Source: an uncultured Methanosarcinales archaeon (GTDB taxonomy: Archaea; Halobacteriota; Methanosarcinia; Methanotrichales; Methanotrichaceae). Taken from it: a stretch of 64,000 nt of DNA. This document shows positions 30,839 through 42,104 of this stretch, in pieces. The position numbers and the translations under genes are program-made. Location: assembly GCA_963843555.1 (NCBI GenBank), contig CAWJKV010000004.1:32001-96000 (forward strand). Reading direction: 5' to 3'. How positions within the stretch are numbered: the stretch's first letter is position 1; each line of letters begins with the position of its first letter. Under the pieces are notes generated by a model, which saw only the letters and a program-made list of their open reading frames with translations, was not told the origin of the DNA and ran no database searches.

Positions 30839-31484
30839 AACGTTTCACCCTCCTATCCAGAAGGTCTTGCAGCATTTCCGATTCATCTTTAGACAATTGC
30901 GAGTACTTCACCGGCGCCAGGGAGGAGAGGCGACAGCCTGAATCATCCTTGACCAGCACTATATCAACTAATGGCAGCCTGAAGACCTCATATATCTTCT
31001 CTGCAATAGTTGCTGCCTTCTCGCAACAGTTTATGCTCTTGCCGAATATGGAGACGCATCTAGCAACGGTTGAGTTGTCGCTTATCTTCTGATAGCAGAA
31101 GGGGTATCTGCCCCGGTTGGTGACATGCTTGATGACCTTCTTCGCCTCCTCATGATCGCTCACCAGGAAGTTGTCTGAGGGAGTGGAGAAGTAGTTCAGG
31201 CCATAAATTATGGCGGGAAGCGGTACAAACTGATAGGATATCGTCCAGTCGCAGACCTGGATGCCTGCCAGCTTCGCCTTCTCCAAGCAGATGGGAACAA
31301 TATATGCATCCAGCACATCGCTGCTGCTGGGCGTGGTCTTGATTCCCTCATTTTCATTCTGGACGATGGCGTAGTACGGCTCTGTCTTGTAGAAGTAACT
31401 CTCATTAACAATATATTGAGAGTCATTCTCCTTCAAGGTGTACATGATATCCTTTTTAGGAATATGATCTCGTCGTTGGTTCAT
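30831..31484 (-). CDS. RimK-like ATP-grasp N-terminal (RLAN) domain protein
   Basis: ESYFYKTEPYY...TTPS resembles the RLAN motif; overlaps the ATP-grasp start by 8 nt. Confidence 0.65.
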   Translation of the reverse strand: MNQRRDHIPKKDIMYTLKENDSQYIVNESYFYKTEPYYAIVQNENEGIKTTPSSSDVLDAYIVPICLEKAKLAGIQVCDWTISYQFVPLPAIIYGLNYFSTPSDNFLVSDHEEAKKVIKHVTNRGRYPFCYQKISDNSTVARCVSIFGKSINCCEKAATIAEKIYEVFRLPLVDIVLVKDDSGCRLSSLAPVKYSQLSKDESEMLQDLLDRRVKRFE

Positions 31485-31847
31485 TTAAATCATCACCGCA
31501 TGATCTGCGTGTGAGAAAACAGACTTATTATATTGGGAGAATTCGTTCCCGCCAGGTCCAATTTTTGGCTCTGTTGAGAATTTCCGTGCGTACGATACCC
31601 TACGGTGTCTACTAAGACTACGGTGCCTGTCTGGATCGGATGCCATTTCATTCTCTGAAATTTGGATCTCCTCTATCTGACAAAGCTAAATAATAGTATT
31701 TATCTTTGTCGACCGTTGATTGATGCGCCAGGATATTTCGCAATCCCTGATTCTGTCTGCAGATTAAAATTCATGAAGATTACTCCACGGGAGTGCCTCT
31801 TTCGCGAGTAAGTCGAATGGCAGCAATGTCTGCTATCTCGAAAGATG

Positions 31848-33947
31848 TCAACCAATTTTTTCCAGGATATCAGTCATCTCTTCCAGGCTTGTCGTGGGGA
31901 GCTGGCAGACGTGATCTGAGCAGATGTATGCCGTCGCCTTCCCCTCCAGTTGGACCAAATCTTTTGTAAATGGCGATATCTCAACGATCTCCCGACCCGA
32001 GACCAGTACTACGGCCTTGTTGGGCAGGAAGCGCGATCTAATGGTGCTCAACATCTCAGTTATCCCTGAGTCTTCCGCTTCGCCTACAAGAGCGACCTCA
32101 CGTGTCGGCCCCAGTTCATAGTCCAGAGCGCATAGCAGCATGGTGTGACCAACGGGTTGCTCTCTGGCAGCAGCAAAAATGGATCGTGACAGATTAGTAG
32201 CCGACTTTTCGAGGGCCAGATCTCCGGTGAGGTGCATAAGCCGGAGCAGGTTTTGCATGGCAACGGAATTTCCAGAGGGCACCGCTCCATCATAATACTC
32301 CTTTCGGCGCAGCGGCAGTGCTTCGCCATCCCTCGGAGAGAAGAAAAGACCTCCATGATCTGAATCCCAGAAATTCTGCATCATGGCCTGGTTGAGCTGC
32401 AAGGCGGTCTCTAGATACTTGACCTCGAAGACTGTCTCGTAAAGATCAATTAAACCCCAGACAAGGAAAGCATAATCATCCAGATTGGCCTGTAGGCCTG
32501 CAGTGCCCCGATATCGGTGCAGAAGTTTCCCTTCAGAATCTCGCATCTTCTCTCTAAGGAAATCAGCGGCCCGTTTCGCGGCTGCTGCATAATGGGGTGC
32601 ATCCAGGGCCTGAGCCGCTTTTGCCAGAGCAGCTATCATCAATCCATTCCAGTCGGTGAGGATCTTATCGTCCTTTAGGGGGTGAATTCGCCCCTCCCTA
32701 ACCTGGAAAAGCTTGACTCTGATTCTATTCCAGGAATCGTAAAGCACAGATTCCGGCATCTTCAGGATCGCTGCCGCATCGCTGAAGGCAGACATCTGGC
32801 GCAGGATGTTTCTTCCTTTTTCGAAGTTGCCTCTCTCATGTACATCATAGAGCCGGATCAGCAATTTGAAATCCTCTTTATCCAGAACCTCTTCGAGTTC
32901 CTCTGCCGTCCAGGAATAGAATTTACCCTCTTCTCCCTCGCTGTCGGCATCTTCTGCGGAATAAAAGCCTCCTTCAGAATTTGTCATATCTCTTAGAACA
33001 TACTCCAGGATCTCGCGTACAGTTCTGGCGTATTCCTCTTTGCCAGTAGCCTGATAGGCCTCTGTATAGGCAATGGCTAGCAGCGCCTGGTCGTAGAGCA
33101 TCTTCTCGAAATGAGGTAGCGACCATTCCGCATCCGTCGAGTACCTGTGAAATCCGAAGCCTACATGATCAAAGATCCCGCCCATGCGCATGGCCTGAAG
33201 CGTGGCCTCAACCATCTCAAGAGTTTGATCGTCACCGGTCCGCCGCCAGTACCGCAAAAGGAAGAGAATGTTGTGGGGCGCAGGAAACTTGGGCGCATTG
33301 CCAAAGCCGCCATTCCTGGCATCATAGATCGAGGCCAGGGATTGGTAGCCTCTGGCAAGGTATGAGACATCCAGATCCCCGGACTTCGCCACCAGATTCT
33401 GCGATTGCCTTAGAGAATCCACAATCCTGTCAGCGGAATCGAGCAGCTCATTTCTATTACTATCCCAAATCTCTTTGATCTTGGGGATGAGCTCTATCAT
33501 TCCTGCCTGGCCATAGCGGCCGTTCTTGGGTATGTATGTGGCGGCGAAGAAGGGTCTCTTTTCTGGAGTCATGATGACAGTGAGAGGCCAGCCGCCCCGG
33601 CCGGTCATGCCTATTGCCACAGCCATGTACATATGGTCTATATCCGGACGCTCTTCCCTGTCTACTTTTATGCAGATGAAGGACTGATTCAAAAGCTTGG
33701 CTACCTCCGCATCCTCGAAGGACTCATGAGCCATGACGTGGCACCAGTGGCAGGTGGAGTAGCCCACTGATAGAAAAACGGGTTTGTCCTCCTTCCTGGC
33801 GGCTTCAAAGGCCCCCTCGCCCCAGGGGTACCATTGCACGGGATTGTAGGCATGCTGCAACAGATACGGGCTCTCTTCTGTTATGAGCCGGTTCGGCTGG
33901 CCGGCGGCTCTTGATAGGTCCTTGCTGGAAATGGGATCTTCTGTCAT
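31848..33947 (-). CDS. Thioredoxin domain (DUF255)/six-hairpin protein, YyaL/SSP411 family
   Basis: [58 protein letters not shown] and [11 protein letters not shown]; start uncertain (ORF extends to 33980). Confidence 0.92.
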   Translation of the reverse strand: MTEDPISSKDLSRAAGQPNRLITEESPYLLQHAYNPVQWYPWGEGAFEAARKEDKPVFLSVGYSTCHWCHVMAHESFEDAEVAKLLNQSFICIKVDREERPDIDHMYMAVAIGMTGRGGWPLTVIMTPEKRPFFAATYIPKNGRYGQAGMIELIPKIKEIWDSNRNELLDSADRIVDSLRQSQNLVAKSGDLDVSYLARGYQSLASIYDARNGGFGNAPKFPAPHNILFLLRYWRRTGDDQTLEMVEATLQAMRMGGIFDHVGFGFHRYSTDAEWSLPHFEKMLYDQALLAIAYTEAYQATGKEEYARTVREILEYVLRDMTNSEGGFYSAEDADSEGEEGKFYSWTAEELEEVLDKEDFKLLIRLYDVHERGNFEKGRNILRQMSAFSDAAAILKMPESVLYDSWNRIRVKLFQVREGRIHPLKDDKILTDWNGLMIAALAKAAQALDAPHYAAAAKRAADFLREKMRDSEGKLLHRYRGTAGLQANLDDYAFLVWGLIDLYETVFEVKYLETALQLNQAMMQNFWDSDHGGLFFSPRDGEALPLRRKEYYDGAVPSGNSVAMQNLLRLMHLTGDLALEKSATNLSRSIFAAAREQPVGHTMLLCALDYELGPTREVALVGEAEDSGITEMLSTIRSRFLPNKAVVLVSGREIVEISPFTKDLVQLEGKATAYICSDHVCQLPTTSLEEMTDILEKIG

Positions 33948-34319
33948 GACAACCTCATCATATCTTATTGTCATTATCAATACATGAATCCATGCTTAAA
34001 ATTATGCAGAATCAGTATTTGAGTCCATAGTTGGATTCTCAGAATTAGTAATACTAATATTATTTGTATTGTTGGTAGTCTTGCGAACATGCGCTTGATT
34101 TCTTTATCTTGATCCTTGTTGTGCCTGCCAGATTGAAAGAGCATATATGCATTATTTCGTAAAGTATGACTTTCAATACCGCGATTATGATCGCCATAAT
34201 GACTACTATCATTCTATTGAATATCAATATGATAATATTCTCCGGCGATCTTCGATATGTTTATATCCTTATGAGACCAATTATTTGTATACTCTATTGA
34301 GTATAGGGGTGAATGTGAA

Positions 34320-35192
34320 ATGAAGGGAGTAATTGTAGCGGTAGCATTAGTTTTAGCTCAATTGCTATGCTTTACCGCATTGGCGACCCCCCCACTCGTG
34401 CCGCCAGTGCAGTATGAACAGTTTTGTGAATCACAGAAGGTATCAGGAACCGGTATAGTCGACGTCAGCACATCGATAATCGACAAGAAGATTGCCCTGG
34501 AATATTTTAACAACATGGCGGGTGACGGCGATTTTGAGCTTGACTCTGAGCATGCTTACTCACAGAATTCCGATAAACTGAAGAGAAGCATATCCTCAGT
34601 CAATAACGGAAGCGCATCCGAACTCAATCTCTACGAGAAGACCAAGCTCACCTATTCCGGTGAGACGCCATTGGTGGGTGCCAAGTTCATACAATCGAAG
34701 GATTTCTATGGTGGAATAGGAGCAAAGGTCCAGGAGACCTTCGCAGTCAACGAGATGGAGAAGGATGAGACGTCGTTCTTTGTCTCAACCACGCCATACA
34801 ATCCGACGGACCCGTCAAAAGCTCTCTGCGACGACTATTTGAATCTTCTTGCAACATACTATCCTGAGGAATATGCCCAATACATGGCTCAGCCCTCTCC
34901 GAAAATAACTCCGGAAGAGCTCATAAACGAGCTGAAAGAAGCGGGAAGAGATACAGACAGAGTAGCTGAACTCATGGGCAACAATCCGGCCCACTTGATT
35001 GGCATCGAGACCAAGAATTCCTTCAATGGTACCTGGGGCACCGATGCCTCATGGCATAAGATATTCTACAAGGATATCAAAGCCCACGAGTTGTTCTCCG
35101 GAACATTCGAGGCTGAGAAGACAATCAAGTTCCATGAGAGTCCTGTGCCGGAAACTGATGACACCACTGCTTGTGAAGGCATAGATTGCTAG
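34320..35192 (+). CDS. Secreted hypothetical protein
   Basis: GGGGTGA RBS, signal peptide, 290-aa open frame, C-terminal CEGIDC followed by a T-tract. Confidence 0.75.
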   Translation: MKGVIVAVALVLAQLLCFTALATPPLVPPVQYEQFCESQKVSGTGIVDVSTSIIDKKIALEYFNNMAGDGDFELDSEHAYSQNSDKLKRSISSVNNGSASELNLYEKTKLTYSGETPLVGAKFIQSKDFYGGIGAKVQETFAVNEMEKDETSFFVSTTPYNPTDPSKALCDDYLNLLATYYPEEYAQYMAQPSPKITPEELINELKEAGRDTDRVAELMGNNPAHLIGIETKNSFNGTWGTDASWHKIFYKDIKAHELFSGTFEAEKTIKFHESPVPETDDTTACEGIDC

Positions 35193-35870
35193 GAAAGCCT
35201 GGCAATCAATTTCTTTTTTCTTGCCTTTCTTGGCCCGGCTTCATCCTTTCCCTCCGCTTCCATATCCCAGGACAAGGGCTCTTATCTTCGGAATGTGGTC
35301 CATTAAGAGCATTGTAGTCTCTCTGAATATTATGATCGAGGGCTGAAAGATCAAATAAACATCATGCGCCTTTAGCGACAAACCTCCTGTTATTACCAAT
35401 CGGATGAGGTTCTAAAAATTGTAATAGGATTTTTTCATAGTTTAAGCGCCAATCTCATACATTTTTAGCAAAAAGATTTTGGAGAAGATTATGATAAGAA
35501 TCCCCAATTCGAACTGAGAATAATAGTTAACTAAAGCCACATGCGCCTGTAGAAAAAGCGCTGATACTTTTATGTGATGATATAGTTTTATCTTCTTTCT
35601 TTTTCAATTCCTCTTTAATACATATGCAGAATTACTTTTGAATGAAATTCTTGAAGCCTTATACAGTAAAATTTATATATGATAGGTGATAAGTATGAAC
35701 ACGGATCCGGGATTTCTTAAAGACTTTTTAAGTCATCCATCCCCTCAAGATGAATTGACCCGGATCCTCCCCTTGAAATAGTAAGAAATGATTTTATCCA
35801 GGACATACGAAATCTCTTTACTGAGGGTTTGGCTCAAATTCTGATCTATCCCGGAAGATTGTGGTGGATT

Positions 35871-36305
35871 ATGATCGAGATTGATACCAGAAAACCGGTA
35901 GACGCTGTAGATATTACAGCTCACGTAGAAAAGGCTCTTCTTGAGAGCGGTATAGAGAGTGGCACCTGCCTGGTTTATACTCTTCATACAACTACTGGAT
36001 TGACTGTGAATGAAGCTGATGCAGCTTTGATGACAGACATATTGAATCTCCTGGAAAAGATAGCTCCAGTGGGTGCGGGCTACCGGCATGACCATGGAAA
36101 GGGCAATGCCCATGCCCACCTTCGAGCCATGCTGCTTGGAAATAGCGTTATAATTCCGGTTGAGCAAAATCGTCTGGCCCTGGGAGCGTGGCAGAGAATC
36201 CTCTTCTTCGAACTGGATGGCCCGAGAAGGCGCAGGATTTGTGTCAAGGTCGTTCCCGATCAGGATCAAAATTGTGGACCAAATAGGAACCGGATCCTGC
36301 AATAG
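35871..36305 (+). CDS. yjbQ: YjbQ/UPF0047 family protein
   Basis: HTTTGLTVNE, YRHD...GNAHAHL and LGAWQRILFFELDGPR. Confidence 0.9.
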   Translation: MIEIDTRKPVDAVDITAHVEKALLESGIESGTCLVYTLHTTTGLTVNEADAALMTDILNLLEKIAPVGAGYRHDHGKGNAHAHLRAMLLGNSVIIPVEQNRLALGAWQRILFFELDGPRRRRICVKVVPDQDQNCGPNRNRILQ

Positions 36306-36383
36306 ATGCTTGAAAAGAGCCCGTGATAAATGCATACAAAGGATCAAGAGAGGGCCATAATATGCCCTCAATTTCTGTGCCAT

Positions 36384-37256
36384 CTATTTGAATATCGGAG
36401 TCCCCGTCTTCATTGTCAACTCCTTGAAGGCCGCCATAAGTTTCAAAGTTATTGGACCGGGCTTGCCTGTACCTATGATCCTGCCATCGGCTTTGGTGAC
36501 AGGCGCAACCTCAGCCGCCGTGCCAGTAACGAAGACCTCATCTCCAGTGTAGAGGTCAAACAGGCCCAGATCTCTTTCCAGAACCTCATAGCCCTGAACC
36601 TTTGCCAGCTCCAGGACTGCCTCCCTGGTAATGCCCTTGAGATTGTTTATTGTATGAGGGGTATAGATTTTTTTATCTTTTATGATAAATATATTGTCGC
36701 CGCTCCCCTCGGATAGCCTTCCCTGAGCATCGAGGATGATGGCCTCATTGCCTCCCTTGATATTGGCCTCGATCTTGGCCAGAATGTTGTTCAGGTAGTT
36801 GAGGCTCTTGATGTTCGGTGGCAGGGCGTCAGGTGAGTTACGGCGAACGGCGACGCTGACTGCCGTCAGACCAACCTCGTAGAGACTTCCATACATTGCA
36901 CCCCACTCGATAGCTATGATGATGACCGTGGCCAGACTGCACTTATTAGGGTCAAGGCCCAGGTCACCGAAACCCCGCGTGACTATGGGGCGGATGTAGG
37001 CATCGCGCAGGTTATTCCGGCGCAGCGTCTCAAGAATTGCTTCGCACATCTCATCCTGGCTCATGGGAACGCAGAGCATGATGGCTTGAGCCGAGTCGAA
37101 GAGCCTCTTGACGTGATCCTCAAGCCGGAAGACGCGCCCTCCATAAGCTCTTATGCCCTCGAAAACCCCGTCGCCATACAGAAATCCGTGATCGAAGACC
37201 GAGACTGCGGCCTTCTCAGGCGGAACAAACTCCCCATTAAGATAAATAAGATTCAT
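36384..37256 (-). CDS. ilvE: Branched-chain amino acid aminotransferase
   Basis: [36 protein letters not shown] and GTAAEV. Confidence 0.95.
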   Translation of the reverse strand: MNLIYLNGEFVPPEKAAVSVFDHGFLYGDGVFEGIRAYGGRVFRLEDHVKRLFDSAQAIMLCVPMSQDEMCEAILETLRRNNLRDAYIRPIVTRGFGDLGLDPNKCSLATVIIIAIEWGAMYGSLYEVGLTAVSVAVRRNSPDALPPNIKSLNYLNNILAKIEANIKGGNEAIILDAQGRLSEGSGDNIFIIKDKKIYTPHTINNLKGITREAVLELAKVQGYEVLERDLGLFDLYTGDEVFVTGTAAEVAPVTKADGRIIGTGKPGPITLKLMAAFKELTMKTGTPIFK

Positions 37257-37398
37257 AGATCATCCTGACTTCGCACAACTGCCCAGGATAAATGCATTTT
37301 GATCGCCGAAGGAACCCATTTCTGGATCTAATGGGAATCGATGGGTTTATTACAGAAGGATGGAAGGTTGTTGCCTACTCTTTACGGGGTTTGGAGCT

Positions 37399-37809
37399 AT
37401 GGCAAAACTTGGTTTCGTTGTCTCGGAGTTCAATAGGGACATCACCTATCAGATGGAGCTTTTGGGCAGAGAGCATGCCCAGTTCCTGGGAGCAGAGGTC
37501 AAGGCGGTCATTTATGTCCCTGGAGTATATGACATGCCCATCGTTGCAAGAAAGCTGCTGCGTCGCGAGGACATCGATGCAGTCGTGACAATTGGCTGTG
37601 TGATCCAGGGGGAAACTGCCCATGATGAGGTTGTGGTCTCACACGCGGCTCGTTTGCTGATGGACCTATCTATGGAGTTCGATAAACCTGTCACTCTTGG
37701 AATCACCGGCCCCAAGATGTCCAGGGCTGATGCGCAAAAGCGCGTGGATTATGCCAAGCGAGCGGTAGAAGCGGCAGTCAAGCTACTGCAAAGGCTTGGT
37801 GGTGATTAG
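37399..37809 (+). CDS. ribH: 6,7-dimethyl-8-ribityllumazine synthase
   Basis: VSEFNRDIT, VPGVYDMP, GCVIQGETAHDE and PVTLGITGP. Confidence 0.93.
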   Translation: MAKLGFVVSEFNRDITYQMELLGREHAQFLGAEVKAVIYVPGVYDMPIVARKLLRREDIDAVVTIGCVIQGETAHDEVVVSHAARLLMDLSMEFDKPVTLGITGPKMSRADAQKRVDYAKRAVEAAVKLLQRLGGD

Positions 37810-37811
37810 AC

Positions 37812-38948
37812 ATGGTCTCAGCGCGGATGGCATCCATCCATGAGTCAACGACATTGAAGATCTCTGCCATGGCAAGGAAGCTCACCGCCAGCGGCCTTGA
37901 TATCATCGACATGGGTGTGGGCGAGCCAGATTTCGATACACCAAAGCACATTGTCGAAGCGGGCTGCAACTCGATCAAGATGGGCGAAACGCACTATTCG
38001 CCCACGGCTGGCATTCCCGAACTGCGACGGGCTATATCCGAGAAGCTTTGCCGGGATAATTCACTTCATGCCACCGCTGATGACGTCATTGTGACTCCTG
38101 GGGCAAAGATGGCCGTCTTTGCAGCCATCCAGGCGCTCCTGCAGGAGGGTGACGAGTGCGTCTTAATCGGCCCCTCCTGGGTGAGCTATGAGCCATGTGT
38201 CGCCTTCTCAGGAGCCTCTGTCAACTGGGGAAATGTGGATGAGAACTTCAGGCCTCTTGACCTCGCCGCAAATATAAATCCTAAAACCCGGCTAATTCTC
38301 GTCAATTCTCCATCCAATCCGACGGGTGCAGTTTTTGATAAATCGGTTCTGTCGGAGATTCGCGACCTGGCAGAAGACCACAATCTTTTCGTAATTTCCG
38401 ATGAGATCTATGAAAAGATAATTTATGATCATATGCATATCAGCATTGGTTCGCTGCCGGGAATGGAGGATCGAACAGTAACCATCAATGGTTTTTCCAA
38501 GGCCTACGCCATGACAGGCTGGCGTCTGGGGTACCTTACAGGTCCCAGGGAGACCTTAAAGTGGGTTACCAGACTCCTATCTCACTCTGTCTCCCAGGCC
38601 ACGACCTTTGTGCAGCGTGCCGGAGTCGCAGCTATGCAGGGACCCCAAGATGAGGTCGCATCCATGGTGGCAGAGTTTCGAGCACGCCGGGATCTGCTTG
38701 TGGGAGGCCTGAAGAGTTTGGGAATACCTTGCAGTAATCCTGGGGGCGCGTTCTATGTCTTCCCTGATGTATCCGAATTTGGCGGCGGTGATGCCTTCAC
38801 TGATAAGCTCTTGAAGGATGCTCTCATTGCGGCTACGCCAGGATCTGCTTTTGGCCCGGGTGGAGAGAATCATGTCCGGCTATCCTATGCCACTTCCCAG
38901 AGTCGGATCAAGGAGGCGCTGGAGAGGATAGAAAAGACTCTGAAATAA
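37812..38948 (+). CDS. aspC: Class I PLP-dependent (aspartate) aminotransferase
   Basis: GEPDF, NSPSNPTG, SDEIYE and NGFSKAYAMTGWRLG. Confidence 0.88.
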   Translation: MVSARMASIHESTTLKISAMARKLTASGLDIIDMGVGEPDFDTPKHIVEAGCNSIKMGETHYSPTAGIPELRRAISEKLCRDNSLHATADDVIVTPGAKMAVFAAIQALLQEGDECVLIGPSWVSYEPCVAFSGASVNWGNVDENFRPLDLAANINPKTRLILVNSPSNPTGAVFDKSVLSEIRDLAEDHNLFVISDEIYEKIIYDHMHISIGSLPGMEDRTVTINGFSKAYAMTGWRLGYLTGPRETLKWVTRLLSHSVSQATTFVQRAGVAAMQGPQDEVASMVAEFRARRDLLVGGLKSLGIPCSNPGGAFYVFPDVSEFGGGDAFTDKLLKDALIAATPGSAFGPGGENHVRLSYATSQSRIKEALERIEKTLK

Positions 38949-39021
38949 GGATTTGAACCCATTTCGTTTGCTTATCTTCGTTTATTTCTTATCCTCAAAA
39001 TAATTATTTAGATTTATAGTT

Positions 39022-39468
39022 TTACTCTCTTCCAGGCACAATTATGACCGGGACCCTGGAATGGCGTACCACCTTTTCTGCCACGCTGCCAATCATTATT
39101 TTTTCCAGTCCCGTCCGGCCAATGCTTCCCATCATTAGCAGATCCGTTCCTGATTCAGAGGATCGCCTGAGGATCTCTTCGCTGGGGTTTCCCTCAGCAA
39201 CAATCTTCTCAAAAGGTACATCCTCATTGGAGGCCATCTCTCCGATTTCTGATGTGGCATCCTCTGCTTCCTTGAACATGAGCTCCATCAATCTCTCACT
39301 TATGCCTGGCAAGGCTGTGTAACCAGGAAGCTTAGACAGCCTTAATAAATCCACGACATAGATCGCCGCAACTGTGCCTCCCGCAAGCTTCGCCAGACCC
39401 ACGGCGAGCTTTGCCGTTCTCATGCTCGTCTCGGATCCATCCGTCGCGACCATTATCTTCCTGAACAT
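39022..39468 (-). CDS. Universal stress protein
   Basis: KIMVATDGS...GSIGRTGLEKIMIGSVAEKVVRHSRVPV. Confidence 0.92.
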   Translation of the reverse strand: MFRKIMVATDGSETSMRTAKLAVGLAKLAGGTVAAIYVVDLLRLSKLPGYTALPGISERLMELMFKEAEDATSEIGEMASNEDVPFEKIVAEGNPSEEILRRSSESGTDLLMMGSIGRTGLEKIMIGSVAEKVVRHSRVPVIIVPGRE

Positions 39469-39517
39469 GGTTATAACCTCATAGAGTAATAAGCCAAACC
39501 AGATATTGAGCCTATGC

Positions 39518-40537
39518 TTAAGCTTCTTTTGTTACAGTGGTTGCACAGGTTCCGTTCGCCTTTAACGCAATCTTTTCTCTATCGGAGAGCAAACATCCGC
39601 AAGATCCTTCTTTAGCTATGGCGCAATTGCAGGGTTCAATATGAATTGTGACCGTAGTTCCCGGATAGTGTTGTTTGATGGAGCAGGTGACCATATCTGC
39701 AATGCGGTGTGACTCGTCTACAGACATCATTGCGTCGACTCGGATATGAAACTCCACAAAGCGACTGGCACCTGCCTTTCGCGTGCGCAGCCTGTGGATT
39801 CCTCTGATAGTTGGAGCAAAGGCAATTATGTGCTTGCGCACCTCTTCCACTTCATCAGTAGGTAGACCCACGTCGACAAGATCGCGGGCCGATTCGACTG
39901 TCAAGTGATACGCAGCTTTGATGATCAATCCCGCGACTATCATCGCCGCTACTGGATCTACCCATTGCAGGTTTACGCTCGGGGCTATCAATCCGCCGAC
40001 CACAATGATGAGGAGGCCGCCCATTACCCCCAAGGATGTATAGACGTCAGTACGTAAATGCCAGGCATCTGCCTTCAATGCCACGGAATCCGTCTCCTGG
40101 CCAACTTTGAAGAGCCTTTTGGAGACGAATATGTTTGCTGCCACGGAGAGAAGCATGACTGCTACTCCCCACCCCGCATGATCCAACGGTTCGGGGTTTC
40201 TTAACTTCTTTACGGCCTCGAAGAGAATCCAACCTGCAGCAACGAAGATGAGCAATGCTTCCACTGTACCGGATATATTCTCAACCTTGTCGTGTCCAAA
40301 GGGATGATCCTCATCGGCAGGTCTTGCTGACGTCCGGACGGCGAAGAGAGCGATAACGGCTGCAAGCAGGTCCACTCCTGAGTGGATTGCCTCGGAAATG
40401 ACAGAGACTGATCCAATCGTCGATCCGACGATGAGCTTGAGAAGAACTAAGCACGAGTTAGAAATGACCGAAAGAAGAGCGACATTCGTCTTCCGTTTGT
40501 TTCTGACTTCGGGACTACCTTCCATAATAGTTTCCAC
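39518..40537 (-). CDS. Cation diffusion facilitator transporter with Cys-rich tail
   Basis: SEAIHSGVD, HPFGH, ADAWHLRTD and IHIEPCNC...SCGC. Confidence 0.9.
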   Translation of the reverse strand: METIMEGSPEVRNKRKTNVALLSVISNSCLVLLKLIVGSTIGSVSVISEAIHSGVDLLAAVIALFAVRTSARPADEDHPFGHDKVENISGTVEALLIFVAAGWILFEAVKKLRNPEPLDHAGWGVAVMLLSVAANIFVSKRLFKVGQETDSVALKADAWHLRTDVYTSLGVMGGLLIIVVGGLIAPSVNLQWVDPVAAMIVAGLIIKAAYHLTVESARDLVDVGLPTDEVEEVRKHIIAFAPTIRGIHRLRTRKAGASRFVEFHIRVDAMMSVDESHRIADMVTCSIKQHYPGTTVTIHIEPCNCAIAKEGSCGCLLSDREKIALKANGTCATTVTKEA

Positions 40538-40544
40538 AATATTT

Positions 40545-40561
40545 TGACTGACTGTCAGTCA
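40545..40561. promoter_or_regulatory. Perfect palindrome (8-1-8), candidate TetR operator
   Basis: tgactgac-t-gtcagtca between the TATA-like tttatata (minus strand, about 40571-40579) and the CDF start; related half-site gactgact at about 41879 upstream of tetR. Confidence 0.6.
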
Positions 40562-40642
40562 TCATAATAGTATATAAAACTATCTCGGGTGGCTGATACG
40601 TGTAGCGGATACCCGAGAGCAAAGAAATGAACGGCTCGTCCT

Positions 40643-41068
40643 TCAGTTTCGTCTTCTAATCAGGCAGCCTGCCGCCAATATAACCAACACGGCCAAAATC
40701 GCTGGGATTCCTGGTTGCTGGTTGATCCTCTGGTTGAGCTGGTTTTTCATTTCCTCTTTCGCCCTTTGCTCCAACCCCTCTGGAGTGATATTCAGATCTT
40801 GGTTGAGCCTCTGTTCAAGTTGCTGCTTTGCCTTTCCCGTGAGATTTTCCCTTGTTGCATTGAGGTCCTGAGTGATGTGCTCCCGGGTCAGATTTCCCTC
40901 CGCAACATGTTGAACCGCCTTCTGCTGAAGCTGCTCTCCTGCACCACTCACCTGTTCCTGGAGGGATCCGGCTACAGCATCAATAGGATTCTGGGCAAAT
41001 GCCACTGAGATCAGGACTAAAAGAGCCCCAGTAATAATTATGGATCGTATCTTCATATCAATCATCAC
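40643..41068 (-). CDS. Secreted protein with PGF-CTERM-like archaeosortase signal
   Basis: Signal peptide; C-terminus QQPGI + hydrophobic helix + RRRN. Confidence 0.7.
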   Translation of the reverse strand: MMIDMKIRSIIITGALLVLISVAFAQNPIDAVAGSLQEQVSGAGEQLQQKAVQHVAEGNLTREHITQDLNATRENLTGKAKQQLEQRLNQDLNITPEGLEQRAKEEMKNQLNQRINQQPGIPAILAVLVILAAGCLIRRRN

Positions 41069-41185
41069 CTGAGTCCGATTTTTTCAAGCCCCTTCAATAA
41101 CTATTGTTAACTTAAAAGGCTAACGCCCCATTCAGGTCTTAAATATCCCACCATTCGGCCCAAGACCGGCCCGATTCCGGAGACT

Positions 41186-41815
41186 CTAAACAACGAGAAT
41201 GAATTTGTAATCCTTTACCGCAAGGGTTCTGCCAAGAATTGTCTCCAGGGAGCTTTGCATCTTCTCGCGGCGCATGGGGTCGGCGAATATCTCTGGGTGA
41301 TGGAAGAAGTAGACGAGAGATGCGAGCAGAAACTCCACGGACTCCGTAGGGTATTGTACATCAAAAATGCCGGCACGGGTCCCCTCTGCAACCACAATGG
41401 TCATGAGAGGAACGAGCCGCTCAATGGTGTGCCGCTCCATCTTCTCATGCATCACGGCATTGCTCTCCTCATGAAGGTAATCCATTATCTCCTTTCTGGA
41501 GGCACTTATATCTATGATACTATTGACTATATCATTGAGTTTCAGGGCAGCGTTTGCGTCTTCTCTATTCATAATCTGCCTGACATTTTCTTCCAGTGCC
41601 GCTATATCCTTCTCGATGATGGCTTCGAGGATCTCTTCCTTAGAACTGAAGTAGTAGTAGAAAGTGCCCTGTGCCACTTCTATTGCCCGGACAATATCGG
41701 CGACCGTTGTCTGTTCGTACCCCTTCTCCAGGAAAAGTCGCTCCGCGGTATCGATGAGTTCCTGCCTGCGCTGCTCAGGAACCTTTGTAACTCGCTCTTT
41801 TGCTGCTCGTCTCAA
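41186..41815 (-). CDS. TetR/AcrR family regulator
   Basis: LFLEKGYEQTTVADIVRAIEVAQGTFYYYFSSKEEIL. Confidence 0.92.
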   Translation of the reverse strand: MRRAAKERVTKVPEQRRQELIDTAERLFLEKGYEQTTVADIVRAIEVAQGTFYYYFSSKEEILEAIIEKDIAALEENVRQIMNREDANAALKLNDIVNSIIDISASRKEIMDYLHEESNAVMHEKMERHTIERLVPLMTIVVAEGTRAGIFDVQYPTESVEFLLASLVYFFHHPEIFADPMRREKMQSSLETILGRTLAVKDYKFILVV

Positions 41816-42104
41816 AATCTTCTGCCCCGGATCGATTGAAGATCGGTCATAAATTCTCGTATAAGAGTCTTTCCATTAGACTGACTAGGATATATAATTC
41901 CTTAATATTTTATAATCGATAATAAGCTATTCAATCCGCAGATGAATTACATAGAGCGCCCTTGACCATCATATATCAGGCAGATTCTTCCGTAACATTT
42001 TTGAAGTATGGGTGGAATGATAAAACATGTGTATGATGGATTGGAGGTTTGGCCAGCCCGAATGGATAAGGCAAACCCCACATAATGCAGGAGTCTGATA
42101 TCTC

